From contig JYFJ02002545.1 of NCBI GenBank assembly GCA_000934665.2, positions 1-55,008 on the forward strand: a stretch of 55,008 bases of DNA. Direction: 5' to 3'. The DNA comes from Catajapyx aquilonaris (lineage: Eukaryota). Positions 11,997-23,807 of the stretch are shown here, piece after piece; positions within the stretch are counted from its first letter, which is position 1, and each line of letters begins with the position of its first letter. A model generated the notes under the pieces. It was not told the DNA's origin. It did not search any database and worked only from the letters and a program-made list of their open reading frames with translations. The position numbers and the translations under genes are program-made.

Positions 11997-13361
11997 CTAA
12001 AACACTGTCCGATGTCTGGAATTGTGTAAGGCGTTATGTGCATGTGTTTGGAAGAAAATTGGTGAAGTAACAACCGAGACCATTATTTTACTGACCTCAC
12101 ACTTGTCAATGGAGTACTTCATTTCTTCGCACATGTCCAGAAAGACACTGAAGTACGATTCTCTATGTTCGGGCTCCATAAGCAAGTCAGCGACCAGTTT
12201 GTTTAAATGCTCCATCGAGTCTTCTTCTTCATTGTCCGAGTCTCCAGGGTCCATCATTTTGTTCTTGTCCAGCATAGGGAAGGCTACCACGGTTGCAAGG
12301 AAGCCCAGAATAAGAGCACCTCGAGTCTTGAAGTCCTCAACCATCATGTCAAAGGTGAATCCCAGTTCGTCAATGCCCAGAGACGCCACATTGGAAGAGA
12401 AGATGTCGTAGTAATGACGGAGCAGCAACATCGTGTGTTCCTTCCTGAACTCGACTGTGGTGCTCAGGAAGAGGTAATTATTGAGGTCAGTGCACAGTGA
12501 CGTGATGCTGGTCACTTGCATGTCAAACAGGATAATTTCGATGGGCGTGCCATTTTCATCGTGACGAAACATCATGTTGCTGTTCCAGCAGTCTCGATGG
12601 CCAATAACTTTGAACGGACCAGGATTCCGGACGGTTTGCATCGCAATTTCAAACACATTGTTCTTGACCCGCCGCATCGTGTCCACTATCTCTTGGTGAC
12701 CATCTCTGTCTTCTATTTCGTCCAGAACATTATCTAAGCACTGAATCCATGGTTTTTTGAACGTTGCAATCCCCTCTGGAGTCAGTAGTGTTTCCTTCAG
12801 ATGTGGGCATTGGACCACGTTCGGATAACCTGTCTTTTTCATCATGACGAATGACACAGAGTGGAAGTCGGCTAGTGTCTTGAAGGCCAGTTTGGCATGG
12901 GCCAGGTCAACGCCTGCTCTGGTCAAAGGCCAGAGTTGGAAGCCTCTCAATGTGAGGTCTTCCAACACAATGACATCTCGTACCCCATCATAGTTGGTGT
13001 AGTAACACGTGGGAAAGTTCAGAGACACTTCATTATTGGCGGAAGACTTTTGCAGAAACCGTTGCATGACAGGTAACAAAGTGTCGTAAAACCGAATCTC
13101 TTTCAGGGTGATCAAAGTGGTCTCGATTAACTCCATGGGCGTGTTGTCCCCTAGAAACTTGACAAACATTGGCAGCGTGTGTTCAATGCCCTGGCTCTCG
13201 TAGGTGACGTGTATCTCACCCACGGCACTCACAAAGTGTGCCCCTTTCAGGTCCAGTTCCGACGAGGTTATCTTTTTGATGACCAGACTGTCATCTCCCA
13301 GCTTCTCTCTCAGAGATGAGAGTAACAAATCCTCTTTGATGAAATCTGTGACGTCGAGCAT
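11997..13361 (-). CDS. EcKL unit 2 (ATG 13361; candidate donor after 12096)
   Basis: MFVK, KEIRFY, LEDL..GF, LADFHSVS, HRDCWNSN, DMQ; clearly paralogous to its neighbours. Confidence 0.88.
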   Translation of the reverse strand: MLDVTDFIKEDLLLSSLREKLGDDSLVIKKITSSELDLKGAHFVSAVGEIHVTYESQGIEHTLPMFVKFLGDNTPMELIETTLITLKEIRFYDTLLPVMQRFLQKSSANNEVSLNFPTCYYTNYDGVRDVIVLEDLTLRGFQLWPLTRAGVDLAHAKLAFKTLADFHSVSFVMMKKTGYPNVVQCPHLKETLLTPEGIATFKKPWIQCLDNVLDEIEDRDGHQEIVDTMRRVKNNVFEIAMQTVRNPGPFKVIGHRDCWNSNMMFRHDENGTPIEIILFDMQVTSITSLCTDLNNYLFLSTTVEFRKEHTMLLLRHYYDIFSSNVASLGIDELGFTFDMMVEDFKTRGALILGFLATVVAFPMLDKNKMMDPGDSDNEEEDSMEHLNKLVADLLMEPEHRESYFSVFLDMCEEMKYSIDKCEVSKIMVSVVTSPIFFQTHAHNALHNSRHRTVF

Positions 13362-14319
13362 GGCTGCTGGGCTCTGTGCAGAACAAAGGTCCAATAAAGA
13401 GTAACTGACTATATTACTGTATACAAATCTTGCCATAAACATGGAATCTTTTTAAAAAAAATCGCCTACTGAATAAATAAATGGTACCTTGAGTTATGCA
13501 GTTGTATTCGCAGTAACAGGTTCGCGAGTTTTGATATTCCTTGCGTGTGAGAAAAAAAAAACACATTGTATCCCATGCAGGTAAATGTAGAAGTGAAATT
13601 CAATGGTGAAAAAAAAACTAAATTGTATCACCATGGTTGTCACTGTAATGATGGAATATGAATGGTGAATGTCACCATTATGCAAGACCACCACGGTTGA
13701 GAAGATTCAAGGACATGGACGTAACCTGGAAATGGTACGAAATATGTCACTCCACCTGTCGTGGATGCTACCAAAATAAATCGCTCGGATAATCTTGGTT
13801 TCAGTGGAATAAAACGCGTTTATAAAACAAGTGGCAAAAAAATTTGCGTTCCGCCAAAATTATGATCAGGTCCAAAAATGAATGCAAAACTTCGAAATAT
13901 GTTAATGATTACTCTCATTTTGAATTGGAATAATAAAATTGCAACGACGCGACGTAACGAACGATGCACACACGTACGTGATATTTGGAGACTGATCTGT
14001 CTTATGCGAATTTCATGCAAATATGTGACGGATCGATTGTACCTTCGACAGTTGTATCAATGGATTTTTCAAGGCGACCTTGATGTACATTGTACAGGTA
14101 TAGACTGAAAGCCGATGAAGTAATTACATCTTACATGGCAAAGTATATCAGTTATTTATCTTTCCCTGTACAAGATAATATTATCTTAGGGTAACTTCCA
14201 AGTAGTTCAGTGGTGCGGTAATGGAAAAAAACATACGTCATATACTATTAGCTGTGCTTATATTTTTTACCATTTGTTCGATTTGTTGTACATTTTTTTG
14301 TGAGTAAATGTCTAAATGG

Positions 14320-15591
14320 CTACTGACTTAATTGCTCGATTGAATACACCATTTCTTCGCATACGTCTAGAAACATCTTTTTGTATGTCCGGCCCATTTT
14401 GGGATCCTTGACCAAGCGAGCGACCATCATGGCCAGGTTGTCGAAAGGATTGTCACTAGTGGCTGCTGTGTCACCAGGATCCACCATCTCAGCCTTGTCC
14501 AGCAAAGGATAGGCCACCACAGTCGTCAGGGCGAACAGCAGATACGCCCTTCGACGTCTGAGGTCCTCGACCATCTCGTCGAATGTGAACCCGCAGTCGT
14601 CGACACCCAGAGACGTCACGTTTGACACAAACGCGTCGTAGTAATGACGCAGCAGTTCTGTCGCATGCTTCTTTCTGAACTCGATGTTGGTGCTGAGGAA
14701 TAGTAAGTGGTTGAGGTCAAGGGTCAAGGGAGAGATGGTGGTGACCTGCATGTCCACCAACTTCACCGCGACTGGAGTGTCGTCGCGGTACCGGAACATC
14801 ACATTGTTGCTCCAGAAGTCCCGATGGCCCAGTGCTTTGAATGGGCCTGGATTCTGCACAGTTTTCATCGATATGTCAAACACTTGCTGGTCTGTGACTC
14901 GTCGTAAGAGACTGACCACCTCTGGATGACCGTCGTTGTCATCCACTGCAGCCATGACACTCTCGAAGCATCTGACAAACGGAGCCCTGAAGGTGGCTGT
15001 TCCCTCTGGAGTCATCGCTGTTTCCTTCAGGTACGGACACTCCTGCAGGTTGGGGTAACCCGTCTTCATCATCATTACAAAAGACACTGAGTGGAAATCG
15101 GCCAGACACTTAAAAGCCAACTTGGTGTGGGTTAGATCAAGTCCATCTGAGGTCAAAGGGCAGAGTCGGAAGCCATCCTGCTTCAGATCCTCCAGCGCAA
15201 TCACGTCTCGTGTTCCGTCGTAGTTGGTGTAGTAGCAGGTGGAGAAGTTCAGAGAGATGTTGCTGGTGGACTTGCGGAGAAACTGTTGCATGGCAGGTAA
15301 AACTGTGTCGTAGAATCGCGTTTCTTTCAAGGTCAGGAGAGTGGTGTTGATGATTTCCTTGGGCGATTTGTCTCCCAGGTACTTGACGAACATTGGTAGC
15401 GTCTTCTGGTTGGCCTGGCTGTCGACGTAGGTGACTCGCATGTGGCCGACAGCACTCACGAAATGATCGCCTTTCATATCCGCATCAAACGACTCCATTT
15501 TCATTACCACCAATCCATCGTCGTTCAGCTTCTTTCTCAGGGACGACTGCATTAAACGCTCCGGAATGAAATCCACAATGCTGGACTTCAT
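14320..15591 (-). CDS. EcKL unit 3 (423 aa)
   Basis: MFVK, KETRFY, LEDL..GF, LADFHSVS, HRDFWSNN, DMQ; acceptor 9 nt upstream of the ATG. Confidence 0.9.
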   Translation of the reverse strand: MKSSIVDFIPERLMQSSLRKKLNDDGLVVMKMESFDADMKGDHFVSAVGHMRVTYVDSQANQKTLPMFVKYLGDKSPKEIINTTLLTLKETRFYDTVLPAMQQFLRKSTSNISLNFSTCYYTNYDGTRDVIALEDLKQDGFRLCPLTSDGLDLTHTKLAFKCLADFHSVSFVMMMKTGYPNLQECPYLKETAMTPEGTATFRAPFVRCFESVMAAVDDNDGHPEVVSLLRRVTDQQVFDISMKTVQNPGPFKALGHRDFWSNNVMFRYRDDTPVAVKLVDMQVTTISPLTLDLNHLLFLSTNIEFRKKHATELLRHYYDAFVSNVTSLGVDDCGFTFDEMVEDLRRRRAYLLFALTTVVAYPLLDKAEMVDPGDTAATSDNPFDNLAMMVARLVKDPKMGRTYKKMFLDVCEEMVYSIEQLSQ

Positions 15592-16403
15592 GGTTGGTTC
15601 CTGCATATAGAGCAGCAGGAGGTCAATCTTCCAATCACTGCAGCCAATAACCAATTTTCATAACAAATAAACACCTAATATGCCTTGAAATATGTTTATT
15701 GATTTCATCTTTAACAAATAATTATACGTCACAATTCACGTGAACATCTCTCAGACAATTGCAACATATTGAGAAAGAAGCAATCTATTACCCACAATAT
15801 AAAGCTCACCGTTCATATAGCAGTATGGTAGTGAAAATGATTTTTATCAACCATTCTCTGCGGGAGATAACATCAGTTGGCGATATCAAGAGTAAACACT
15901 AGCAAACTAATAATTTTTAATGATATCTTTGGCGCCTTAGTATCGCTCGCTTGTCATTTATATATCAGCTCAATGCCATTGAAGTCTGGCATCGGGGGTT
16001 TTTTTTTTTGCCACGTTCTGGTCGCATCAAGTGCAGTAAAGAATATGCCAAGAAAATCGACCTGCACTTAGTAGTCGTTGTTTCAACAAAAAACTATCTG
16101 AAAAAATTGTGTTTGACATTTCTGTATTATTATAGGCTGTCACCTTGAACTAACAATGATCCCTTTTGCACCAAAGACTAATTTTTTTTAAGATGTCTTC
16201 CGCGCGACATGCACTTGGCGCCTTGATATCTTCTCCTGTTTATTATATCAGCTCATTTCCATTGAACCTTAGCAAAGGAAGCCACAAAAATATCACTTGC
16301 AACTAACATTAAACGATTTGATGTGAATAGTCCTGCTTCACATCACACTAGAAGCCTACGACCTCCCCTTTTACATGCCCGTTTTTTATGCGAAAAAAAC
16401 CCA

Positions 16404-17678
16404 CTAATTTTTTGCAGAAAAATGTTCGATCGAGTACTTCATTTCTTCGCACGTTTCCAGAAAGGTTTGCTTGAACGTGGGTCCAATTTTCGGATCCTTG
16501 GCCACTGTTGTGACCATCTGTATGAAATCAACGAAAGCGTCTCTCTTCTTCTCTTCCTCTCCTGGATCAGACAACTTGGACTTGTCCATGATGGGATAGG
16601 CCAACACCGAAGGAAGGAAGACAAGAAGAAGAGCGTTACGACGCCTGTAATCTTCGACAAACTCGTCGAATGTGAAACCGCAGTCGTCGACGCCCAGTGA
16701 CGACACGTTGGACACAAACGAGTCGTAGTAATAACGCTGCAACTCGGCTGTATGTTTCTTTCTGAACTGGATGCTGGTGCAAAAGAACATGTAGTAGTTG
16801 AGGTCAGTGGTCAGCGATGATATGCTGGTTATCTGCATGTCCAGAAGTACCACATCTGTCGGGGTCTTGTCGTCAGTGTCGTACCGGAACATCATGTTGG
16901 GACTGAGCGGATCACGGTGGCACAGGACTTTGAAAGATCCTGCGTTTTTCAGTATCTGGATCGATATGTCCATCACATTGTCCTGGATGCGTCTCAGGAT
17001 GGACACTATTTCACGATGACCATCCTCCTCCGTGATGGTCTTCATAGTTTCCTGGAAGCATTTGACCACCGGCGCTTGGAAGGTTGCCGCAGCTTCAGTG
17101 GTCAGGATTGTCTCTTCTAGATACGGACACTGCTCCAGATTGGGATACCCTGTCTTCTTCATCATGACGAAGGACACAGAGTGGAAGTCGGCTAGAGCTT
17201 TAAAGGCCAGCTTGGCGTGGGCCAGATCATGACCTTCAGAGGTCAGGGTCACTGTTCGGAAACCTTTTTTCTTGAGGTCCTCCAGCGCGATTAGGTCTCG
17301 CACCTGATCGTAATTAGAGTAATAGCATGTGGGAAAGTTGAGAGTGATGTGAGGAGATGATGATTGCTGGAGGAATCTCTCCATTGCAGGCAGGATTGTG
17401 TCGTAGAACCGGTTTTCTTTCATAGTGAACAATATTTTCTTGGCCATTTCCACTCTGGATTCCACCAGGTACTTGACGAACATGCGGAGAGTCTTCTTCT
17501 GGCCTTCACTGTTCACGTAATTGACCTGTATGTGACCCACACCGCTGCCAAAATGCTCGCCTCTCAGGTCCAACCTAGACGACTCTATAGACTCGATGAT
17601 CAGTGCGTCGTCTTTCATACACTTTCTCAAAGACGTTTGCATCAGCTCGTGAGAGACGAAACCGGCAATGTCCGCCAT
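16404..17678 (-). CDS. EcKL unit 4 (424 aa)
   Basis: MFVK, KENRFY, LEDL..GF, LADFHSVS, HRDPLSPN, DMQ; acceptor at 17711. Confidence 0.9.
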   Translation of the reverse strand: MADIAGFVSHELMQTSLRKCMKDDALIIESIESSRLDLRGEHFGSGVGHIQVNYVNSEGQKKTLRMFVKYLVESRVEMAKKILFTMKENRFYDTILPAMERFLQQSSSPHITLNFPTCYYSNYDQVRDLIALEDLKKKGFRTVTLTSEGHDLAHAKLAFKALADFHSVSFVMMKKTGYPNLEQCPYLEETILTTEAAATFQAPVVKCFQETMKTITEEDGHREIVSILRRIQDNVMDISIQILKNAGSFKVLCHRDPLSPNMMFRYDTDDKTPTDVVLLDMQITSISSLTTDLNYYMFFCTSIQFRKKHTAELQRYYYDSFVSNVSSLGVDDCGFTFDEFVEDYRRRNALLLVFLPSVLAYPIMDKSKLSDPGEEEKKRDAFVDFIQMVTTVAKDPKIGPTFKQTFLETCEEMKYSIEHFSAKN

Positions 17679-18931
17679 GATTTTTGACCCTTTCCACAAA
17701 CTCAGAAGACCTGAAATGCAGAATGATAAGAGTCACACTTTGGCCAAAATATGAGTTATGCTTCGTGTAATTCAGACCTATATAATAGTACTATACATAT
17801 TGATGATCTAGTCTGTTTGATGATGGAGCAACTATACAGTTATGAATGTTTGAAAGCAGTGAATACTATAAGGGAATGAAAGAGTCAAACTTCAAACCCT
17901 CATTTCTCAAAATCATTTTTTTGTGACTCTGATCGATCTGGGTTGCAGGTCTTCAAATGCAAGAGGAAAGTTTTTACAGAGTTTAGACAAGTAATTTTAT
18001 ATACAGTGCATGGTGTACTGCACAAGTTCACATCAAAGAGGTGGGGGAGGGTGAATTACGGCTTGTTTTTTCCAGTAATTAATTAAAGAGACAAAACAAT
18101 CACCATATGTGAATGTGGCTATGATTGACTCAAAAAAATAAATGAAAACTGGTCGCTGGAGCAAACAATCCGTAACTTCTCCCATTCCAACTATTGGGCT
18201 GTGAAATAATGAGCAGCAATTAATTCTCGAAATGTTTACAGCTTTCCTCCCATTGGAGGGCAAAATGTTGGCGACATAATATTGAGTTCAATGGATGGAT
18301 TATTGCGAACCATTGCATTGCAAGGAATGCAATGGCCTGCAATAAAAGTGGGTTTAACCAATACAATGACCTCAGAGGCCAATAATGGTTCAATCAGCGA
18401 ATCAGATCCTACTCTCCAATTTTATCATCTGACATATCATTCAACAATACCAGTTGCGACATGTCAGGATATTCTAATTGTAATTTCTTATACACGCCTT
18501 TTTCGCTCAGTTTTTTTAATGCAGCAATTTCAAAGCCATTATGGATATTTACCGGCTGTCACAGCCTCTCATCATAATAATATGCCCGCATAAGAAAGGG
18601 GGGAAAAAGCAGAGGTCCTTCAACCAACACGGAGAGAATGAAAATTATGTGTAACCTTGGAACACACTTGTTATTCTGACTGACAAGAGAGGTTCGCTTT
18701 CGCCTGAATAATAACAGCCTGGCTCTCGGAATGGATCATACTAAACACTGCACAAGAAAAATGATGCAGCAGACCTTCATCAAGATCACACAAATAGTTT
18801 GAAAGACATATCCAACTCTGATATAACTCGCAGTAGTGTGTATGAAAAAATAAATTGTTTTTTTTCCAGCTCCCCTACTTCCAATTATGACATGAAAATT
18901 GCGGTGATGGGCACAAAAATAAAACAGTTAC

Positions 18932-19050
18932 CTTGAACAGCTAAAAGTTAGCTGAAGCGTATAAAAGTGCTTGAAGAACGAGTAGAACTGGTCCAACGTG
19001 GCCAAGGAGTGGACTGTGCAGTGATAATGAACTTAGCACCTGATATATAC
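18932..19050 (-). promoter_or_regulatory. Candidate TATA/Inr promoter and non-coding leader exon of EcKL unit 4
   Basis: Minus strand: TATATA near 19049-19044, ACAGTC about 30 nt downstream, an ATG-free stretch, then donor TTCAAG|GTAACT at 18932/18931. Confidence 0.45.
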
Positions 19051-22000
19051 TTGCGCCACTGGCAACTCCCACAGTATTGCTCTATGTGGTGTAATAGTAT
19101 ACAGTACAGAGCTTATCGTTATGTCACTCCATCTCCCGTGAGCAATGCGCGATATCTCTGAAGGTTACTCTCAAATTAGATAACCGCGGTTGGTTTAAAA
19201 AAAATGGATTGCAGATTGTGTTGCTTGTATTCAACAATTTCAGCTTTTGGGTGGGCTATGGTTGGAAAAAAAACCCATTTGTGCCCACCTCTCTAGCTCT
19301 CTCCCCTCGGACGTGGAGTGTGTCGGAAAGCATCATATTACAAGCGAATTTCAAAGGCTTGACAACGACTGTGCCATGTGCTACACCTCCTATTGATTTT
19401 CGTCGTGGTAAGAGACCGGAACAAACTAATGGAACTGCGGTTTATGACAGCATAAACGTGTACTCCTAAAGCGTTCCTCATTACCAAGTTGACTAATGCT
19501 CGGTACAAGGTGTGCCCAAAATCTCAGCAAAACTATAGAGCTCATTTGCTACACCCGGTGTATGCAAGCATTTGCATGAGCAGTACTCTCAGGCCAAGAT
19601 TACAGAAAGTGTTTTGAAACATCAGCTTCCGGGGGGTACAAAAAAACGTGATTACACAAGGTTAATGGCCACTACTTCGCTTAACCAGAAGTCTGTGCCG
19701 CATGTGCATGGGACACAAAAAAATGGAGCCGTTTCTAGGCTCGTTTATTTCCTAGGAACGTTGCACAGAGCTCTGATTCACTCTAGTTTATGCATGGAAA
19801 TCCTTGAAAGTGTAAGTGCACATTACTTCTAGAGGGGGAGGAAATTAGCACAGCTTGCGGTTCATATTCCTTATTTCCTGTTTGTTTCATGAATGATTAC
19901 ATCGGTAATTTTGCAGCATAGGCTCTCTGTGAGCATTAGAAATTGTTCCAGTATTATCTCTCGAGTATAAGTGAACCTGCAACAAAGGAGCTTATCTAGT
20001 TACACCAAATTGTGATAACATGTCGTAAAGACTGTTCCTTGCATCGGATGACTAGTCACGCTTTTAATGTATGGAAACTGAAACACGATACCGATTCTTT
20101 CCGGAGAAAGGGTGTGCAAGCTGAATACATGGGTTTTTGGGGGGTGTTGGGGAGGTCAAACCCGGACCGAAACCACGTCACGTCCATTTAATTTATGGGG
20201 AAAAAATGCCTTCCCCCTCAGAGTTGGGCATGGAAATGATAAAGCCACGTGTCCCTTCAATTGACCAGCTATCGACCAAACATCCGGCCGCACTTCATAC
20301 TATCGTCTACCACATTAAAAAAAAAAAATGTCGGGCGTAATCGACGGAAGTGCAAAAATTCACAATTTCGCATCAGGGGGAAAAAATAGAGAGTTCATCA
20401 GAGAGGTGCTACAAAAATACATGTACAGAGTGAGTACAAATCTCCCAATAAAAATCGGGGGGAAAAAAATGTCCAGTAAGAATCCAGATGTAGGTTCTGA
20501 TTTGATGGATACAGTTGTCTGTTATAGAACTCGTAATGTACATAACTGCCGACAGAAAGCAGATGGCGATAATAGACTATACACACGCGCGCGTTTGGAA
20601 AAGACATCACACCGTGGGGGCCGGAAACATCTTGACGGAACTTTCGGAATTCCTGCTTTTCTTCCTTCGTCATCTTTGCAACGAGGGGAAGACGAGGAAT
20701 AAAAAAATGGTGGAGATTTCCTGAGAGGGCTGCTCTGACAAGAGCCTATAACCATGGTATTATAAATACAGAACACATCTCCAGTTGAGTGTTATAGCCT
20801 CGTGGCTGGATCGGAAATCAATAGGCTGTTGCTTCGCGCGGCTTCCGTACATCTCTCATCTTAACCAGACAACAAAGAAAATAGTGAAGGAGAAAAAAAA
20901 ATTGTTTGAAAAACTCCATATCGCGGTCCTTTGTGGGGGAAAAGTTTAGGGAAAGTGGATGCTGCGAGGGATAAACGAAGTTCAATTGTGCGGTGGGATG
21001 CAAATATGGGAGGTGTTGCATATTCATCCGGCAAATGGTTCCGGAGGGAGAGGGTGTTTTGGCATAATATAGGGTACAGCAAAAGTTCATTCAGAATTCG
21101 TGTCTGCCGAGTTAGCTGGCGGTTGAGTATTAATTCGAACCCTGTTCGTCGAACCTGACTGAAAGGCTCCATGCCACTATAGCAACAAAAAAAAAGCACT
21201 CAGTCAGCATGTTTTTATTTATGCATGTGAGCAATTACTGCATTATGGCATGAGTCTCTCTGGCACGAGATTCGAATTGAAAAGAATTACGACCTGCCCA
21301 CGTCCATACATATGAGAGAGCCAAACATTGGTTCTTGACCTCAGTATTTTTTTTTTAATGGAGTGCACTTGTTAGTTAGAGAACTGATGGGGAATGTTTT
21401 TTATTGACTAGGACGATTCGTTATGTGCGAATCTATGTTAAAATCATGTTTGTGTTGTATGGTTATGCCTTTTGATTGGTCCGCCGTGTAGCTTCCGATT
21501 GGCCAGCGCAGGCGCAATGGGAGTGAAAGCAGCGCCTCTGGTGGGTGAGAGCACGTTGGCTGTCTTCTGGAAGGTCTACATCGCTCCCTCCCCACCCCCG
21601 CACCCAGTGAGCGAAGCTAAGGTTTTTTCTTCAGTATATACTCTTAAAATCATTCGTTCTATGTCCGAGGCTTCTGATTAGTCCACCGCTGATGAAAAAG
21701 TCTACACTAATCACGCTCACGTGATTTGCCAATCTTGTATTGTTACCGCGACGATTCCTATTGGCCCCGTTCTGCGCATGCGCAATGGGGAGCCATTCAG
21801 TTGCTTCAGCAGTCGTTAAAAAAAACTGCCATTTTTCCGATCACAATGTCGTGTTCCCACCCAATTTTCTAAAGCAACTTGTGGGACATCACTAGATGTA
21901 GTACATTCAAAGATAAGGCATAATACGAAGGGAATGAATGTGGCTGATGAATGAACAGGGCCGAAGCGGGGAACATGAAAGGAAAGGCAGAAATCGAGTT

Positions 22001-23756
22001 ATATGGCTTAGATGAGACTGCCAGGCTTGCTTTCAGAGAGATTAATTCTATGGGGACCCTAGGATGAGATGAGTGAGTCCATTCAGGACCAGCCTCCCTC
22101 CATCCATCCCTCCCTCCCTCCCCCATTTTTAAAAAAGTGCTCCCCTCTTCCCACCCACCCATCCCCCTGCACAGAAGTGGAGGACTCTGGGGCTGGGAAA
22201 GGAGGCATCAGCAGCCATTGGTTCCCCAGCTCTCTTGGACTCCACAGCTCACAGGGCGGCCAGTTCGGGGTCGGTGAGATTGACACATTCCTCTCTCTCT
22301 TATCAAATTGTACCTTCCGTTTACTCTTTATGTGCACCTTGACATCGTAGGAAGGACAGAGGAAGGGCCTTGGACACCCTTTTAAAATGTGGATGGGATA
22401 ATTTCCTGGGTCGCATGGCCATCAAGGCTGATGGTCAGCACTTGGCCACTGGGTCAGGGACTTGTTTGGTTTAAAACGTATTGATCTCTTCTATACGGGA
22501 GGTGGGAATGTTCAATCACCTCGGTAATGTAACGAAATTACACTACGGGACAGTTACATTTTCCAGAGGGCTTGAGTGGACAGAAAGTGTCGAATGCTTT
22601 TTTAAAAAAACGGTGTAAAATGTTAACAGGTGCAGGAGTATATGCTAACACAAACATGTAAATATTGTCTGAAGGATTTATTGGTACTGACAAAAAAAAA
22701 ATCCTTCTCGCTGTTCTATACACAAATCAGGTGATTTATTTGTGTATGTGGGTCGGGATTCCTCCGACCAGAAGCCTTCATATAATCTGAGCAAAGCTAC
22801 ATATGGATTTATGTTCCGGCTGCTAAGTCGGGCTTATAATATTTAAAAATAACGCATGGGGTACTGGAAGTCTCCAATCCAACTGGGAGAATGGGAGAAG
22901 TTATTAATTGTTGTTGATTTTAATCATATGTTGAAATCAACGTTGAGATTGTTGCCTTCAAAGTTGAAACTGATTGCTGGAGTGGACAATCCATAATTTT
23001 TCTTTAGATTTGTAACCTACATACCAACAAGATTCTCCTTCCAACCACACTAATAAAGAAAAACAAAGCAAATTGTGTGGACATCTCCAGGTAGTAAAAG
23101 CTTCCTCCTGCACCGTCCGTCGTACTTTATATTGTCGTAAAAGGCGCGGAGCAAAGCTTACGTTTATACGGGGCCGTAACATTCGTATGCTGACTAATGC
23201 AGGTTCAACCAACTGGGGAAAACTAGAGGGTTCCTCCTCTTCTTCGTCTTCTTCTTTTTGTGTGTGCGTGTGCACATATTCTTTTTTTAGGATGCTGCTG
23301 GGGGGAAGCTGGATTGTGAAACAAATTCCTGGAAAACCAGTTGGTCAGCTGCTCACGACAGCCTCTGGTGCGTGCATATGTATGACACCCTCTTCGGCCG
23401 AAAAAGAACCGAAAGAAACACCTGGATGACTTATTGATGCTGCAAGCCAACTCTTTAGTAATGGGATTCCGCCCACCTTCCTTTTTATGATTTGGCATTC
23501 GTGCGCACAAAGAAAATGCTGAGAGGGCGCGTCTTTTTCGGCTGCCAATTGATCCTATATATTGATACACGCAGAAACTCGTTCTGGCTCATTCAGGCGT
23601 CCAATTTAGGAACAAAAGGTGGCGGGGCAAAGGGTTAGCAACCCTAGGGGTAAATCACTCGGTGGATTCCAGGAGAGATTTCACCTGGAAGGTATCGACC
23701 CGTGGTTGAAATCCACCTGCCCATATTACTGGAGCAATTTCATGCGGTTGTACGTA

Positions 23757-23807
23757 CAGGGTGGTCCAACAACACTGCTTTAGTTCAAGTAGGTTTGAGC
23801 CACCCTG
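23757..23807. mobile_element. Tiny Tc1/mariner-type MITE remnant
   Basis: TA-CAGGGTGGTCCAA ... TTGAGCCACCCTG: 11/13 inverted match; TA on the left side, TG on the right. Confidence 0.5.
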
